A stretch of 64,000 nucleotides of DNA, taken from positions 320,001 to 384,000 of the forward strand of contig CAWDSK010000005.1 of NCBI GenBank assembly GCA_963804995.1. The letters run 5' to 3'. The translations under genes and the position numbers were made by a program. The stretch is from an uncultured Acidobacteriota bacterium. GTDB taxonomy: Bacteria; Acidobacteriota; Terriglobia; UBA7540. Each line of letters begins with the position of its first letter. Position 1 is the first letter of the stretch. Positions 18,038-27,519 of the stretch are shown piece after piece. The notes below the pieces were generated by a model. The model was not told the origin of the DNA. It searched no databases and saw nothing but the letters and a program-made list of their open reading frames with translations.

Positions 18038-19952
18038 ATGAAGCACATCATTGTTGGAACCGCAGGTCACATCGATCATGGCAAATCGGCGCTGGTCCTG
18101 GCGCTCACGGGCACGGACCCTGATCGCTGGGAGGAAGAGAAGCGGCGCGGTATCACGATCGATCTGGGTTTCGCCCACCTGGACCTGGACAAGGATTTGC
18201 GCGTCGGGTTCATCGACGTTCCCGGCCACGAGCGCTTTGTGCGCAACATGCTGGCGGGAGTGGGCGGCATCGATATCGTCCTGATGGTCGTGGCCGCTGA
18301 TGAGTCGATCAAACCTCAAACGCGGGAGCACTTCGACATCTGCAAGCTGCTGGGCATTCGCAAGGGTCTGGTGGTGATCACCAAGGCGGACCTGGTGGAT
18401 CAGGACATGGCGGACCTGGTTCGTTTGGAGGTGCAGGAGTTTGTCGCGGGCTCATTTCTAGAAGGCGCGCCAATTCTTGCCGTGAGTGCGCGTACAGGCG
18501 AGGGGTTGGAAGAGCTGAAGAGTGAGATTCGCCGGCTGAGCCTGGAGCTGCCTCCCCGGCCGGTTGATCTTCCCTTTCGACTTCCCATCGACCGCTCTTT
18601 CGTCATCAAGGGATTTGGAGCGGTTGTGACCGGGACGCTCATCGCCGGCACAGTTGAGAAGGAAGCTGAGGTTGAGATCTTCCCCTTGGGCCGGCGCGTG
18701 CGCGTGCGCGGAATCGAGGTATACGATGCGCCCACCGACTGCGCCAGGGCAGGCCAGCGCACCGCTCTCAACCTGGCCGCTATCGAGGCCAAGCAGATCA
18801 CGCGGGGCATGGTGCTGGCGGCGCCGGGATTGTTTCAGCCCACCACGCGCCTGGATTGCACCCTCAGCATGCTGCCCCGGGCTCGGCCACTCAAGAACCA
18901 CACGCAGGTGCATTTCCATTGCGGAACCGCGGAGATGCTGGCTCGGGTCGTGCTTACTCGAGGGCAAAGAACTGCAGCCCGGCGTCACGGGTTTTGTGCA
19001 GTTGCAGTTGGCGGAGCATGGCTTGTTCGTTCCGGGTGACCGCTTCATTGTCCGGCAGTTTTCGCCCGTCACCACCATTGGCGGCGGCAGCGTGCTCGAC
19101 AATCAGCCGCTCAAGCATCCCGCCGGTGACGCGGCCACACTCGAAGCCCTGCGGGTGTTGGAATGCGGGGAACCGGATGCCCGGCTGGAGCTCCTTGCGC
19201 AGCAGGCCGGGGAAGCCTCGCTGGCCGCGCTTGCCGCCCGCACGGGCTGGAAACCTGCTGACGTTCTCCGCGTTGCAAAATCCCTCGAAACCAGGAAATG
19301 CCTCGTGCTTCTCGGACAACCACCCCATCTGGTGGTTCATAAGAAACACTTCGACCAACTTGCCAAGCTCGCTGTAGAGCAGCTCGGAAAATTTCATGCC
19401 GCGAACCCGCTGGTGGCTGGGTTACAGAAAGAGGAGCTTCGCGCCAAACTGGTCCCTGCCGGCAAATCGGTTCCCGTGCCTTCACCGATGTTGCTCAATG
19501 GATTGCTGCAATCCCTGGCCGCGCAGGGCAGGGTTGACGTACAGGGCGAAACGGTTCGCCTGGGTGGGCGGCAGGTTCAGCTATCACCGGAGGAGATCGC
19601 CGCGCGCGACGCCATCACGGCGGCTTTCGAAAAGGCAGGCTTGGCCGTGCCCAGCGCCGGAGAAGTCCTGGCGGGTTTGCGCATCGACCGGACGCGCGCC
19701 GAGAAGCTGCTGAGAATCCTGCTCAAGGAAAACGCCCTGCACAGAATTACGGAGGACTTGATCTTCCATCCGGCGGCCCTCCGAGACCTTCGCCAAATCC
19801 TAGCCCGTCGCAAGACGCAGAATGCCCGCCTGAGCGTTACGGATTTCAAACAACTGACGGGGTTGACTCGGAAGTACGCCATCCCCCTGCTCGAATACCT
19901 CGATCGCGAGCGTGTGACTCGGCGCGAGGGCGACGAGCGTGTCATCCTCTAA
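18038..19952 (+). CDS. selB: Selenocysteine-specific elongation factor SelB, frameshifted at ~18956
   Basis: [24 protein letters not shown] and DVPGHERF in the first frame. The second frame continues [10 protein letters not shown]...TIGGG...[15 protein letters not shown] (winged-helix C-terminus). One extra base in GTGCTTACTCGAG. Confidence 0.92.
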
Positions 19953-19978
19953 GGAGCGCAGGTCTTCGAACCCCCGGA

Positions 19979-20569
19979 TCAAGTTTTGACTTGGGTAGCC
20001 TGTTTTGAGACCGCCTTCAGAAGATCGTTCAGAAGTGAGAGGGGAAGCCCCACGACATTGAAATAGCAACCGGAGATACGCGTCACAAACCGCGAAGCCA
20101 ATCCCTGAATGGCATACGCGCCGGCCTTGTCGAAAGGCTCCGGGCTGGCCACGTAGCTGCGAATCTCGTCGTCGCTAAGGTCGTTGAAAGTTACATAGGT
20201 GATTTCGTGATTGAGTGCCTCGATCGAATCGGGTGCCCGGACCAGGCAGATTCCCGTGATCACCGCGTGCGTCTGGCCGGAAAGCAGGCGGAGCATGCGG
20301 GTGGCGTCGTAGGGCCCGTTGGGTTTTCCCAGGATCAAGCCGTGGATCGTCACGACAGTATCCGCTCCCAACACCAGGCTGCCGGGCGGTGAAATCGCGG
20401 CCACGCGCAGGGCTTTGGCGCTGGCAGCGCGACGGGCGAACTGCTCGGGTGATTCGCCGGACTGGGGGGCACCCTCCTCCACCCCGCTGGGACAAACCTC
20501 GAAATCAAAACCGGCGCTGCGCAGCAGCTCCTTGCGGCGGGGTGAGCCGGAGGCGAGAATCAACCTCAT
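19979..20569 (-). CDS. maf: Maf-family nucleotide pyrophosphatase
   Basis: LILASGSPRRKELL, LGADTVV, GKP, DKAGAYAIQG, NVVGLP. Confidence 0.93.
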   Translation of the reverse strand: MRLILASGSPRRKELLRSAGFDFEVCPSGVEEGAPQSGESPEQFARRAASAKALRVAAISPPGSLVLGADTVVTIHGLILGKPNGPYDATRMLRLLSGQTHAVITGICLVRAPDSIEALNHEITYVTFNDLSDDEIRSYVASPEPFDKAGAYAIQGLASRFVTRISGCYFNVVGLPLSLLNDLLKAVSKQATQVKT

Positions 20570-20689
20570 GGGTGTGGCATTATAGAAGAGTAATCGCTTC
20601 CTCTCAAGCAAAAGTGGCGGGCTTAAGCTTGCCGCCGTCCGCGCCTCTCTACTATAATAAGAAGGTTTCGGCCGAATACAGGAGCAATT

Positions 20690-22621
20690 ATGTATCGATT
20701 CTTCCGCAGGAACCGTGAGGCAGTTAAGAAATACCTCCTCATCTTTTTCCTGAGCATCGTGTCTATCGGCATGGTGATTACGCTGGCGCCCCTTCCTTCC
20801 ATGGACAGCGCCCGCAACGATTCCACCGTGCTGGCTTCGATCAATGGTTCCAATATCACCACCCAGGAACTTTCCCAATCGATTCGCACCCGGTTCCAAA
20901 ATTCGCCCATGGGCTTCGACTCGCGGATGGTGCCGATCGTAGCTGGCAGCGTCCTTGACGATATGGTGATCCAGCAGGCGCTGGTTGCGCAGGCCAAGAA
21001 AATGGGGCTGGAAGTTTCCGACCAGGAGCTTCTCCAGACTTTGCAGCGTATCCCGTGGCTTTATCCGGGAGGCAATTTTGTAGGTGTGGATCGCGCCACG
21101 GATATTGTGCAGCAGCAGGCCGGCATGGCGCTCCCCCAGTTTGAGCAAATGCTCCGCCAAAGCCTGCTGGTCGAGAAGATCCGCAGCGTGGTAACGGATG
21201 GCGTTCAGACCACGCCCGACGAGCTCCTGGCGGAGTTCCGGCATCGCAACGCCAAGGCCAAGATTGATTACGTGCTCTTTGACCCCAGCAAGTTCATCAA
21301 GGATGTCAAAGTGACCCCGGAGGCGCTTGAGGGGTACTTCAAGAAAGATCCTTCGCGTTACAAACTCCCCGAGCAGCGCCAGGTGCGCTACGTGTTGATC
21401 GATCCCGATCAGGTGCGCGCGCAAGTGAAGATCGACGAGCCTGAATTGCGTCAGTATTATGCTCAGCACCTTTCTGATTACCGGGTGCCTGACCGCGTCA
21501 AGGTGGCCCACATCCTCTTCAAGACTACCCAGAAGACCCCCGCGGAAGTCACGACTATTGAGAAGACTGCTGCCGATGTCCTGAATCAGATCCGCGCGGG
21601 CGGCAACTTTGGAGAACTAGCCAAGAAGTACTCCGAGGACTCGACCGCCCAGCAGGGAGGGGAACTCGGCTGGATCGTGCGCGGTCAGACGGTGAAGGAG
21701 TTCGAAAGCACGGCTTATTCCTTGAAGCCCGGTGAGGTCAGCGGGCTCGTCAAGACTGTTTATGGAATACATATTCTCAAACTTGAAGATAAGCAAATCG
21801 CTCATCTGCAATCGTTCGACGAGGTCAAGGATTCCATTCGCACCGAGCTCGAAAAGCAACGCGTGGCGGACGCGCAGGAGAAATTGGCCCACGAGCTTCA
21901 AACCCAGCTCAAGGCAAATCCTGAGCAGTTTGAGGCCGCCGTCCGCAAACTGGGGCTGGAGCCCAAGGAATCGCCGCTCTTCAAATACGGCCAGGCTGTG
22001 CCCGACATGGGCAATGCCGACGCCTTTGAAAACCTCTCTTTTCAGCTTCGGGAGGGGGAGGTCGGCACACCGATTGCCGTTCCCAAAGGTGAAGCGATCA
22101 TCCAGTTAAGCAAGATTGTGCCTGAGCACGTTCCCACCCTGGAGGAAGTAGGCGCGCGTGTGGAGGAGGACTTCCGCCACGACCAATCAATTGCTAGCGC
22201 CTCGGACAAGGCCAAGCAGCTTGCCCAGCAGGCAAAAACTGGGGACTTTGACAAGCTGGCGAAGGCTGCCGGGTTGACTCCCAAAGAGAGTAAGGACTTC
22301 TCCGCGTCGGATTACGTGGAAGGCGTGGGAAATGGCAGCCAGCTCGCGGCCGCTTTCACATTGAACCCTGGACAAACCAGCGACGTGGTTTCCGTCGGTA
22401 CCAATAACGTGGTGTTCAAGGTTGTCGCCCACTCTCCCGCCAACGAGGCGGACTTCGCCGCGCAGAGCGATCAGATTCGCGAAGAATTGCTCGATCAGAA
22501 ACGCAACTTGGAGTTCGAGATCTTCCGCCAAAATTTAAAGCAGCAACTCCAGCGCACGGGCGAACTTAAAATTTATGAGGCGTCCATGAAGCAGTTCCTC
22601 GCTGCTTATCAAACGAAGTAG
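20690..22621 (+). CDS. PpiD/SurA-like peptidyl-prolyl isomerase
   Basis: N-terminal TM anchor, SurA_N-like region, parvulin motif AHILFK...FGELAKKYSED...GGELGW...FES. Confidence 0.9.
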   Translation: MYRFFRRNREAVKKYLLIFFLSIVSIGMVITLAPLPSMDSARNDSTVLASINGSNITTQELSQSIRTRFQNSPMGFDSRMVPIVAGSVLDDMVIQQALVAQAKKMGLEVSDQELLQTLQRIPWLYPGGNFVGVDRATDIVQQQAGMALPQFEQMLRQSLLVEKIRSVVTDGVQTTPDELLAEFRHRNAKAKIDYVLFDPSKFIKDVKVTPEALEGYFKKDPSRYKLPEQRQVRYVLIDPDQVRAQVKIDEPELRQYYAQHLSDYRVPDRVKVAHILFKTTQKTPAEVTTIEKTAADVLNQIRAGGNFGELAKKYSEDSTAQQGGELGWIVRGQTVKEFESTAYSLKPGEVSGLVKTVYGIHILKLEDKQIAHLQSFDEVKDSIRTELEKQRVADAQEKLAHELQTQLKANPEQFEAAVRKLGLEPKESPLFKYGQAVPDMGNADAFENLSFQLREGEVGTPIAVPKGEAIIQLSKIVPEHVPTLEEVGARVEEDFRHDQSIASASDKAKQLAQQAKTGDFDKLAKAAGLTPKESKDFSASDYVEGVGNGSQLAAAFTLNPGQTSDVVSVGTNNVVFKVVAHSPANEADFAAQSDQIREELLDQKRNLEFEIFRQNLKQQLQRTGELKIYEASMKQFLAAYQTK

Positions 22622-23368
22622 ATCCCCCGGCCACGCTCGGCTCCCCTTATCCCCCACAGGACCGAGTGGTCACTCCATGCCGCCGATTAAACATAGCAGA
22701 AATCAGCCACCCCTGCGACCGGGGCAGGCGGCAGTGCGGCAGTTTGATTTGCAGGGTCCTCATCGGGCCGGGCAGGGAAAGCGCTGAGAGCTTACATATG
22801 TAGCCTATAGATGGGGGCGCCGGGGTTCCCGGTTCGGACCTGGGTTCGTGGTCGCCCCAGCGGCATTCTCTTTATAGCGATCGTCGGACGGTCCCTCTGC
22901 ACCAGGGAATTCTCATGGGTCACGAAGCGGTGGTTCTGGGCTTTTCGGCCCTCATCAACTGGACACATTGTCATCCTGTTTTACCATTTTTCATATCGTT
23001 GCTAACCATATTTGTTTTCAATAACCTCTCAGCTTTGGCAAACAGAAATCGCGAGTTGACGCGCTTTGTTTTCAACATGTTCTCAGCTTTGGGCGTTTTG
23101 GGCATCCTGCGACACATTGTCGGCTAAGAATGGATAGCTCGAAAGGTCTGTTTTCAGTCTCACTTTTCAGTCCTCCCTGTGCCGCGACTCAAGCCGGGCC
23201 CTTTGGACCGTTGAGGCAGTCTAGATTATACGACTTTGTAACGCTCAATGTAAAGCCTAATCTTTCCTGGGGCTGAGTTCGAGGGACGTAGGGCGCCCAA
23301 CCTCGCCGGGAACATTGCCATTTGAAATCACGCGCCCTTGCGGCGAGCGATGCGACTACCGGACAGGC

Positions 23369-23772
23369 GGTAGTGACTCATTTTGAAGTGCCACGGCCGA
23401 CCTGCCCCGATGCATCGGGGTCCTGGCCGTGACCGGGCACGGGGGGGAGAAGGTGTGAAAAAATCCCCGCATAACTTTCACCGCAGAGGCGCGAAGGCGC
23501 AGAGAAAAGGACCTTTATTTTCATTCCTCTGCGCCTCAGCGTCTGCGCTATGAAAATGAATGTGGCAAAGGCACCTTGGAGTGCGGCGGCTCGCCGCCGC
23601 CTTGAATTTACGCCGAGGACGATGACGAAGGCGGCGTCGAGCCGCCGCACTCCAAGGTGCTTCGCACATTTTCATGTACAGTGGCGAGCCGAAGTCTCAT
23701 GGGAATCTGCGGTGAAAATTGCATTTTTTCACAGCTTCGGATGCCCGTGGCACGTCAAAATGCGTCACTACC
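23369..23772. mobile_element. Non-autonomous MITE with IS1-like ends and nested palindromes
   Basis: 28-bp imperfect terminal inverted repeats GGTAGTGACTCATTTTGAAGTGCCACGG / CCGTGGCACGTCAAAATGCGTCACTACC. 8-bp direct repeat GGACAGGC at 23361-23368 and 23773-23780. No transposase. Confidence 0.8.
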
Positions 23773-23840
23773 GGACAGGCGGCTTCCTACCCATCTCGCC
23801 CCGCGTTGTTATAGAATGCGCCTTTACCCAAGTCCGGGAT

Positions 23841-24608
23841 GTGAACCCAGTGGCTCCCTCGCTCGACCCGCAACCCGCCGCCAGTCGCAGTCATGCTTCG
23901 GAGAGAATCGACGAACCCCAGTGCGCGTTGGTACCGGCCGGTGAATTCCTGATGGGCTGCAACGAGGGTCGCGATGAAGAGCGGCCCGTGCATCGTGTGT
24001 GGATTGCGGCATTTGAGATGGCGGTCTATCAGGTGCGCAATCGTGACTTTGCCGCATTCATGCAAGCCACCGGTCATCCCGCCCCGCCCAACTGGGGTCA
24101 GCACGATTTCGCTGATCCAAACTTTCCTGTGGTTTCCGTGAGTTGGGTCGAAGCGCAAAAGTATTGCGACTGGCTGAGTGGCGTGACGGGCCACCGTTAT
24201 CGCCTGCCGACCGAAGCAGAATGGGAGCGTGCCGCGCGCGGAGGGGAGGAGGGCCAGCTCTATCCCTGGGGCGACGAGCCTCCGCAATCGCGAGCGGAAT
24301 ATCAGAAGCGTTGGGGCGGGGAAGTGTGCGGGCCGCTCGCGGTGGGCCAGGGACAAGCGAACGCGTACGGGATTTACGATTTGTGCGAAAACGTGCATGA
24401 GTGGTGCGCGGATTGGTATCAGGCGGATTACTACGCACACTCACCGGAACAACAACCCCGCGGGCCCGAGGCGGGCGAGCGGCGGGCCTCGCGAGGCGGT
24501 TCCTGGCGGCACCACATCAAGGTCAGCCGTTTGGCCGCACGTTCCAGCATCCCCCCGGCATTCCAGTACGCGGATTACGGTTTTCGCGTGGTCCGTGAGA
24601 TCGTTTAG
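23841..24608 (+). CDS. Formylglycine-generating enzyme (FGE-sulfatase) domain protein
   Basis: VPAGEFLMG, PVVSVSW, YRLPTEAEWERAARGG, NVHEW, RGGSW, YGFRV. Start position is uncertain. Confidence 0.88.
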   Translation: MNPVAPSLDPQPAASRSHASERIDEPQCALVPAGEFLMGCNEGRDEERPVHRVWIAAFEMAVYQVRNRDFAAFMQATGHPAPPNWGQHDFADPNFPVVSVSWVEAQKYCDWLSGVTGHRYRLPTEAEWERAARGGEEGQLYPWGDEPPQSRAEYQKRWGGEVCGPLAVGQGQANAYGIYDLCENVHEWCADWYQADYYAHSPEQQPRGPEAGERRASRGGSWRHHIKVSRLAARSSIPPAFQYADYGFRVVREIV

Positions 24609-24634
24609 AAAAGGTTCGCCCCTGGAGGACCAGC

Positions 24635-25642
24635 ATGCCTGAGTTGCGCCACAACGTCCTGACTCGCGAGTGGGTGATCATTGCCACCGAGCGCGCCAAA
24701 CGTCCGGAGGAATTTGCCAAGAAGAATAGCGAGAAGAAGGTCGTTCCGGCCTACGTCGCCACCTGTCCATTCTGTCCAGGGAACGAAAAGCTGACGCCGC
24801 CGGAAACTTACGTGGTTCCCGGCGACTCGGGCTGGCGGGTGCGCGTCACACCCAACAAGTTCGCGGCGCTATCGTACCAGGGCGAACGCCGCCGCTCGAT
24901 TCAGGGCATCCGGCGGACCGTGACGGGCGTGGGCATTCATGAAGTCATTGTGGACTCGCCCGACCACAGCAAAACGACCGCGCTGATGGAGGACGCACAG
25001 GTTGAGATTATCATTGAGACCTATCTCAACCGCTTTAACTTCGCCTCGCGCGACCCCCGCATCGAGCAGGTGACGTTGTTCAAGAATCAGGGGGAGTCTG
25101 CCGGGACCTCGCTTGAGCACACGCACTCCCAGATGATTGCCGCTCCCGTCATCACCGCGCAGCTTCGCGACCGCTTCATCAACGCGCTCCAGCATTTCGA
25201 TGAGTTCGGCGAGTGCATCTACTGCCACGTGCTCGAGCAGGAGCTCCAGGACGGCGCGCGCATCGTGTACGAGTCCGAACACTTTGTGGCCTTCGTGCAG
25301 TTCGCGGCGCTCACCCCATTTTCCATGCTCATCATGCCACGCCGGCACATGGCGTGCTTTTCGGAGATCAAAGACGCGGAGGCGGTCGACCTGGCGCACA
25401 ACCTGCGCCGCACCCTCGCCAAGCTCTATCACGGGCTCGACGATCCGGATTACAACTACACCATCCGCACCGCCCCCTCGGAATACGTGGGGGTGAGGTA
25501 CACCCACTGGTACTTGAGCATCATTCCGCGCCTGACCCGCATGGCGGGCTTCGAACTCGGCTCCGGCATGTTCATCAACGTGTCTCTGCCGGAAGAAAAC
25601 GCCAGCTTCCTGCGCGGTATCAATGTAAAGGAGGAAGTATGA
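24635..25642 (+). CDS. galT: Galactose-1-phosphate uridylyltransferase
   Basis: CPFCPGNE, PNKFAAL, KNQGESAGTSLEHTHSQ (intact HxHxQ), AGFELGSG. Confidence 0.92.
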   Translation: MPELRHNVLTREWVIIATERAKRPEEFAKKNSEKKVVPAYVATCPFCPGNEKLTPPETYVVPGDSGWRVRVTPNKFAALSYQGERRRSIQGIRRTVTGVGIHEVIVDSPDHSKTTALMEDAQVEIIIETYLNRFNFASRDPRIEQVTLFKNQGESAGTSLEHTHSQMIAAPVITAQLRDRFINALQHFDEFGECIYCHVLEQELQDGARIVYESEHFVAFVQFAALTPFSMLIMPRRHMACFSEIKDAEAVDLAHNLRRTLAKLYHGLDDPDYNYTIRTAPSEYVGVRYTHWYLSIIPRLTRMAGFELGSGMFINVSLPEENASFLRGINVKEEV

Positions 25643-26613
25643 TTCGCCGTGAGTTTCTGACTCGGTTCGCTACGGCCGCCGCGGCCGCTCGCCTGTTGCC
25701 GGGAGACGGCACGCTGGCTTTTGCCCAGCAGAAGGGGGGCACACCCGCCCATCCTGTGCATCAGCATCCCCACCCCCCGAGTCCGCCGAGCAAGCTCGAT
25801 CGAATTTCAATTTCCACCTGGAGTCTTCATAACTATTTCCAGACTACCCGCGACAAAGAGTTTAACCTGCCTGGTTCTATGCTGGCCTTGCTCGATTTCC
25901 CGGAAATGATTGTCGACAAGTACAAGGTCCACCATTTCGAATTCTGCGCCCCGCACCTGGCGTCGATTGAACCATCCTACCTGCAGGAACTCAAGAGCCG
26001 TCTGGTGCGCGCGCACTCCCAGCTTGTCAACATTCCGGTCGATATCCCGGAATTGGAGATCGAAGGCGGGCTCTCCGATCCCGACAAGAAAGTTCGCGAC
26101 ACAGGGGTGAATGCTTGTAAGAAGTGGATCGACATCGCCGCCACGCTGGGCTCGAAGTCCGTGCGCTGCGATCCGGGGAAAATGAATCCCGAAGACCTCG
26201 AACCGACGGCGCAGTCCTACCGGGCGCTCGCGGCTTACGGGAAGACGAAGGGAATCCACGTAATCGTCGAAAACCACGGCGGCGTGGGTTCGGAGCACCC
26301 TGAGGAACTCGTCAAACTCTTCAAATTGGTGGGAGCGAATTTCGGAGCGCTGCCGGACTTCGGGAATTTTCCCGATGAGGATACCCGCGAGAAGGGGTTG
26401 CCCCTTCTCTTCCCCTACGCGCCGGTGGTCTGTCACGCCAAAGGGCTCGACATTGGCGAGGATGGCGTTGAGAAACAGTACGATTTTCCGAAGGCCATTG
26501 CCGCCTCGAAGAAAGCGGGCTTCAAGGGGATCTACTCAATTGAATACGAAGGGCCCGGCGATCCTTACGTGGGCGTCCAGAGGACCTTGGATGAGTTGCT
26601 GAAGTATTTGTGA
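25639..26613 (+). CDS. Tat-exported sugar phosphate isomerase/epimerase (xylose isomerase-like TIM barrel)
   Basis: MIRREFL twin-arginine signal, VENHGG, LPDFGNF, CHAK, SIEYEG. Confidence 0.85.
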   Translation: MIRREFLTRFATAAAAARLLPGDGTLAFAQQKGGTPAHPVHQHPHPPSPPSKLDRISISTWSLHNYFQTTRDKEFNLPGSMLALLDFPEMIVDKYKVHHFEFCAPHLASIEPSYLQELKSRLVRAHSQLVNIPVDIPELEIEGGLSDPDKKVRDTGVNACKKWIDIAATLGSKSVRCDPGKMNPEDLEPTAQSYRALAAYGKTKGIHVIVENHGGVGSEHPEELVKLFKLVGANFGALPDFGNFPDEDTREKGLPLLFPYAPVVCHAKGLDIGEDGVEKQYDFPKAIAASKKAGFKGIYSIEYEGPGDPYVGVQRTLDELLKYL

Positions 26614-26670
26614 CGGCGGCGTGAAGGTTTCGTCTGGGGGGTGGCGATGTGTATCGCCACACTATGCTCA

Positions 26671-27519
26671 TCACTTGATGAAATACATTGTGAAGTAGCT
26701 GGTCACGTTGGGCTGGTGGAGGTTCCCCGTCAGCCGGGCGGAGTTTGTGTGTTCACTGATTTGGACTCTGACATGCCCCTGATCTCCGAGAGCTGCTAAG
26801 AGGAGCCACAATCCCTTCCGGCAATCAACTTGAAGCTCCCCCACCTTATTGGCATCCAGAGCAGAAATCGCCTGCTGTGAGCGTTCATCTCTTGAATCCG
26901 CGATGGCGGCCGTGGAATCATGTGAGAAATCCATACTTAGCAAAACGAGCACATTCGGGTTGGCTAGATATCCCGCCAGCAACGCCCGTAATTGCTTCAG
27001 TGGCTTTTCTTGTGCATTGATATCCACCAGGATGGGAACGACCCGGCTGTGTGGGAAGTAATACTTCAAAAACGGAACGAGCACTCCCACGGAATGCTCT
27101 CCCGTGAAAGCCTCCGGGTCTTCCGGCTGTCCCGTCGCGGCTTTTAGCTGCTGCACCATGCCTCGGTTGGTTTCCACGACCCCGAAAGGAGTCTTCCAAA
27201 GCAGGGAAGAGAGACTGATGTTGGCCGAACCATGATGAAAGTGATTGGGGCCGATCAGGATGATGGTTTCCGGGGAGGACTCGGCGCGCAGGGTTTCAAA
27301 GAACCTCACCATCAATCCGCTGGCGAGAAAATGATGGGTCACAATGCCGGCACGAATCCTCTCGCCCGGCGCAAGCTTGAGCGGAATGGCGGGGCTCGCT
27401 TGCTTTATGGCTTCGAGATAAGGCTGGGGATTATCGCTCCACCAGGAGTAGTGGCAGACACGCACCGACGCAGGCGTGGTGAGCAGAAAACAGAACGCTG
27501 CGACTTGCCACCGCCGCAT
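26671..27519 (-). CDS. Memo-like (AmmeMemoRadiSam protein B) protein with signal peptide
   Basis: GIVTHH, LIGPNH, GEHSV, SMDFSH, TSYF motifs. Start overlaps the stop of the DUF3160 gene. Confidence 0.85.
   Translation of the reverse strand: MRRWQVAAFCFLLTTPASVRVCHYSWWSDNPQPYLEAIKQASPAIPLKLAPGERIRAGIVTHHFLASGLMVRFFETLRAESSPETIILIGPNHFHHGSANISLSSLLWKTPFGVVETNRGMVQQLKAATGQPEDPEAFTGEHSVGVLVPFLKYYFPHSRVVPILVDINAQEKPLKQLRALLAGYLANPNVLVLLSMDFSHDSTAAIADSRDERSQQAISALDANKVGELQVDCRKGLWLLLAALGDQGHVRVQISEHTNSARLTGNLHQPNVTSYFTMYFIK

Noticed and set aside
18038..19952. Programmed frameshifting or Sec recoding at the broken genes
   Set aside because: No clear slippery heptamer or in-frame UGA with SECIS was seen at the junctions. 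Scattered indels are better explained by sequencing error or decay.
19979..21511. 510-aa ORF suggesting a Maf fusion
   Set aside because: The N-terminal extension is the antisense shadow of the PpiD gene. Maf starts at 20569.
22622..23360. Possible ncRNA or small genes in the long intergenic region
   Set aside because: Only short TTTGTTTTCAA..TCTCAGCTTTGG repeats and weak ORFs were seen, with no RNA family I can support.
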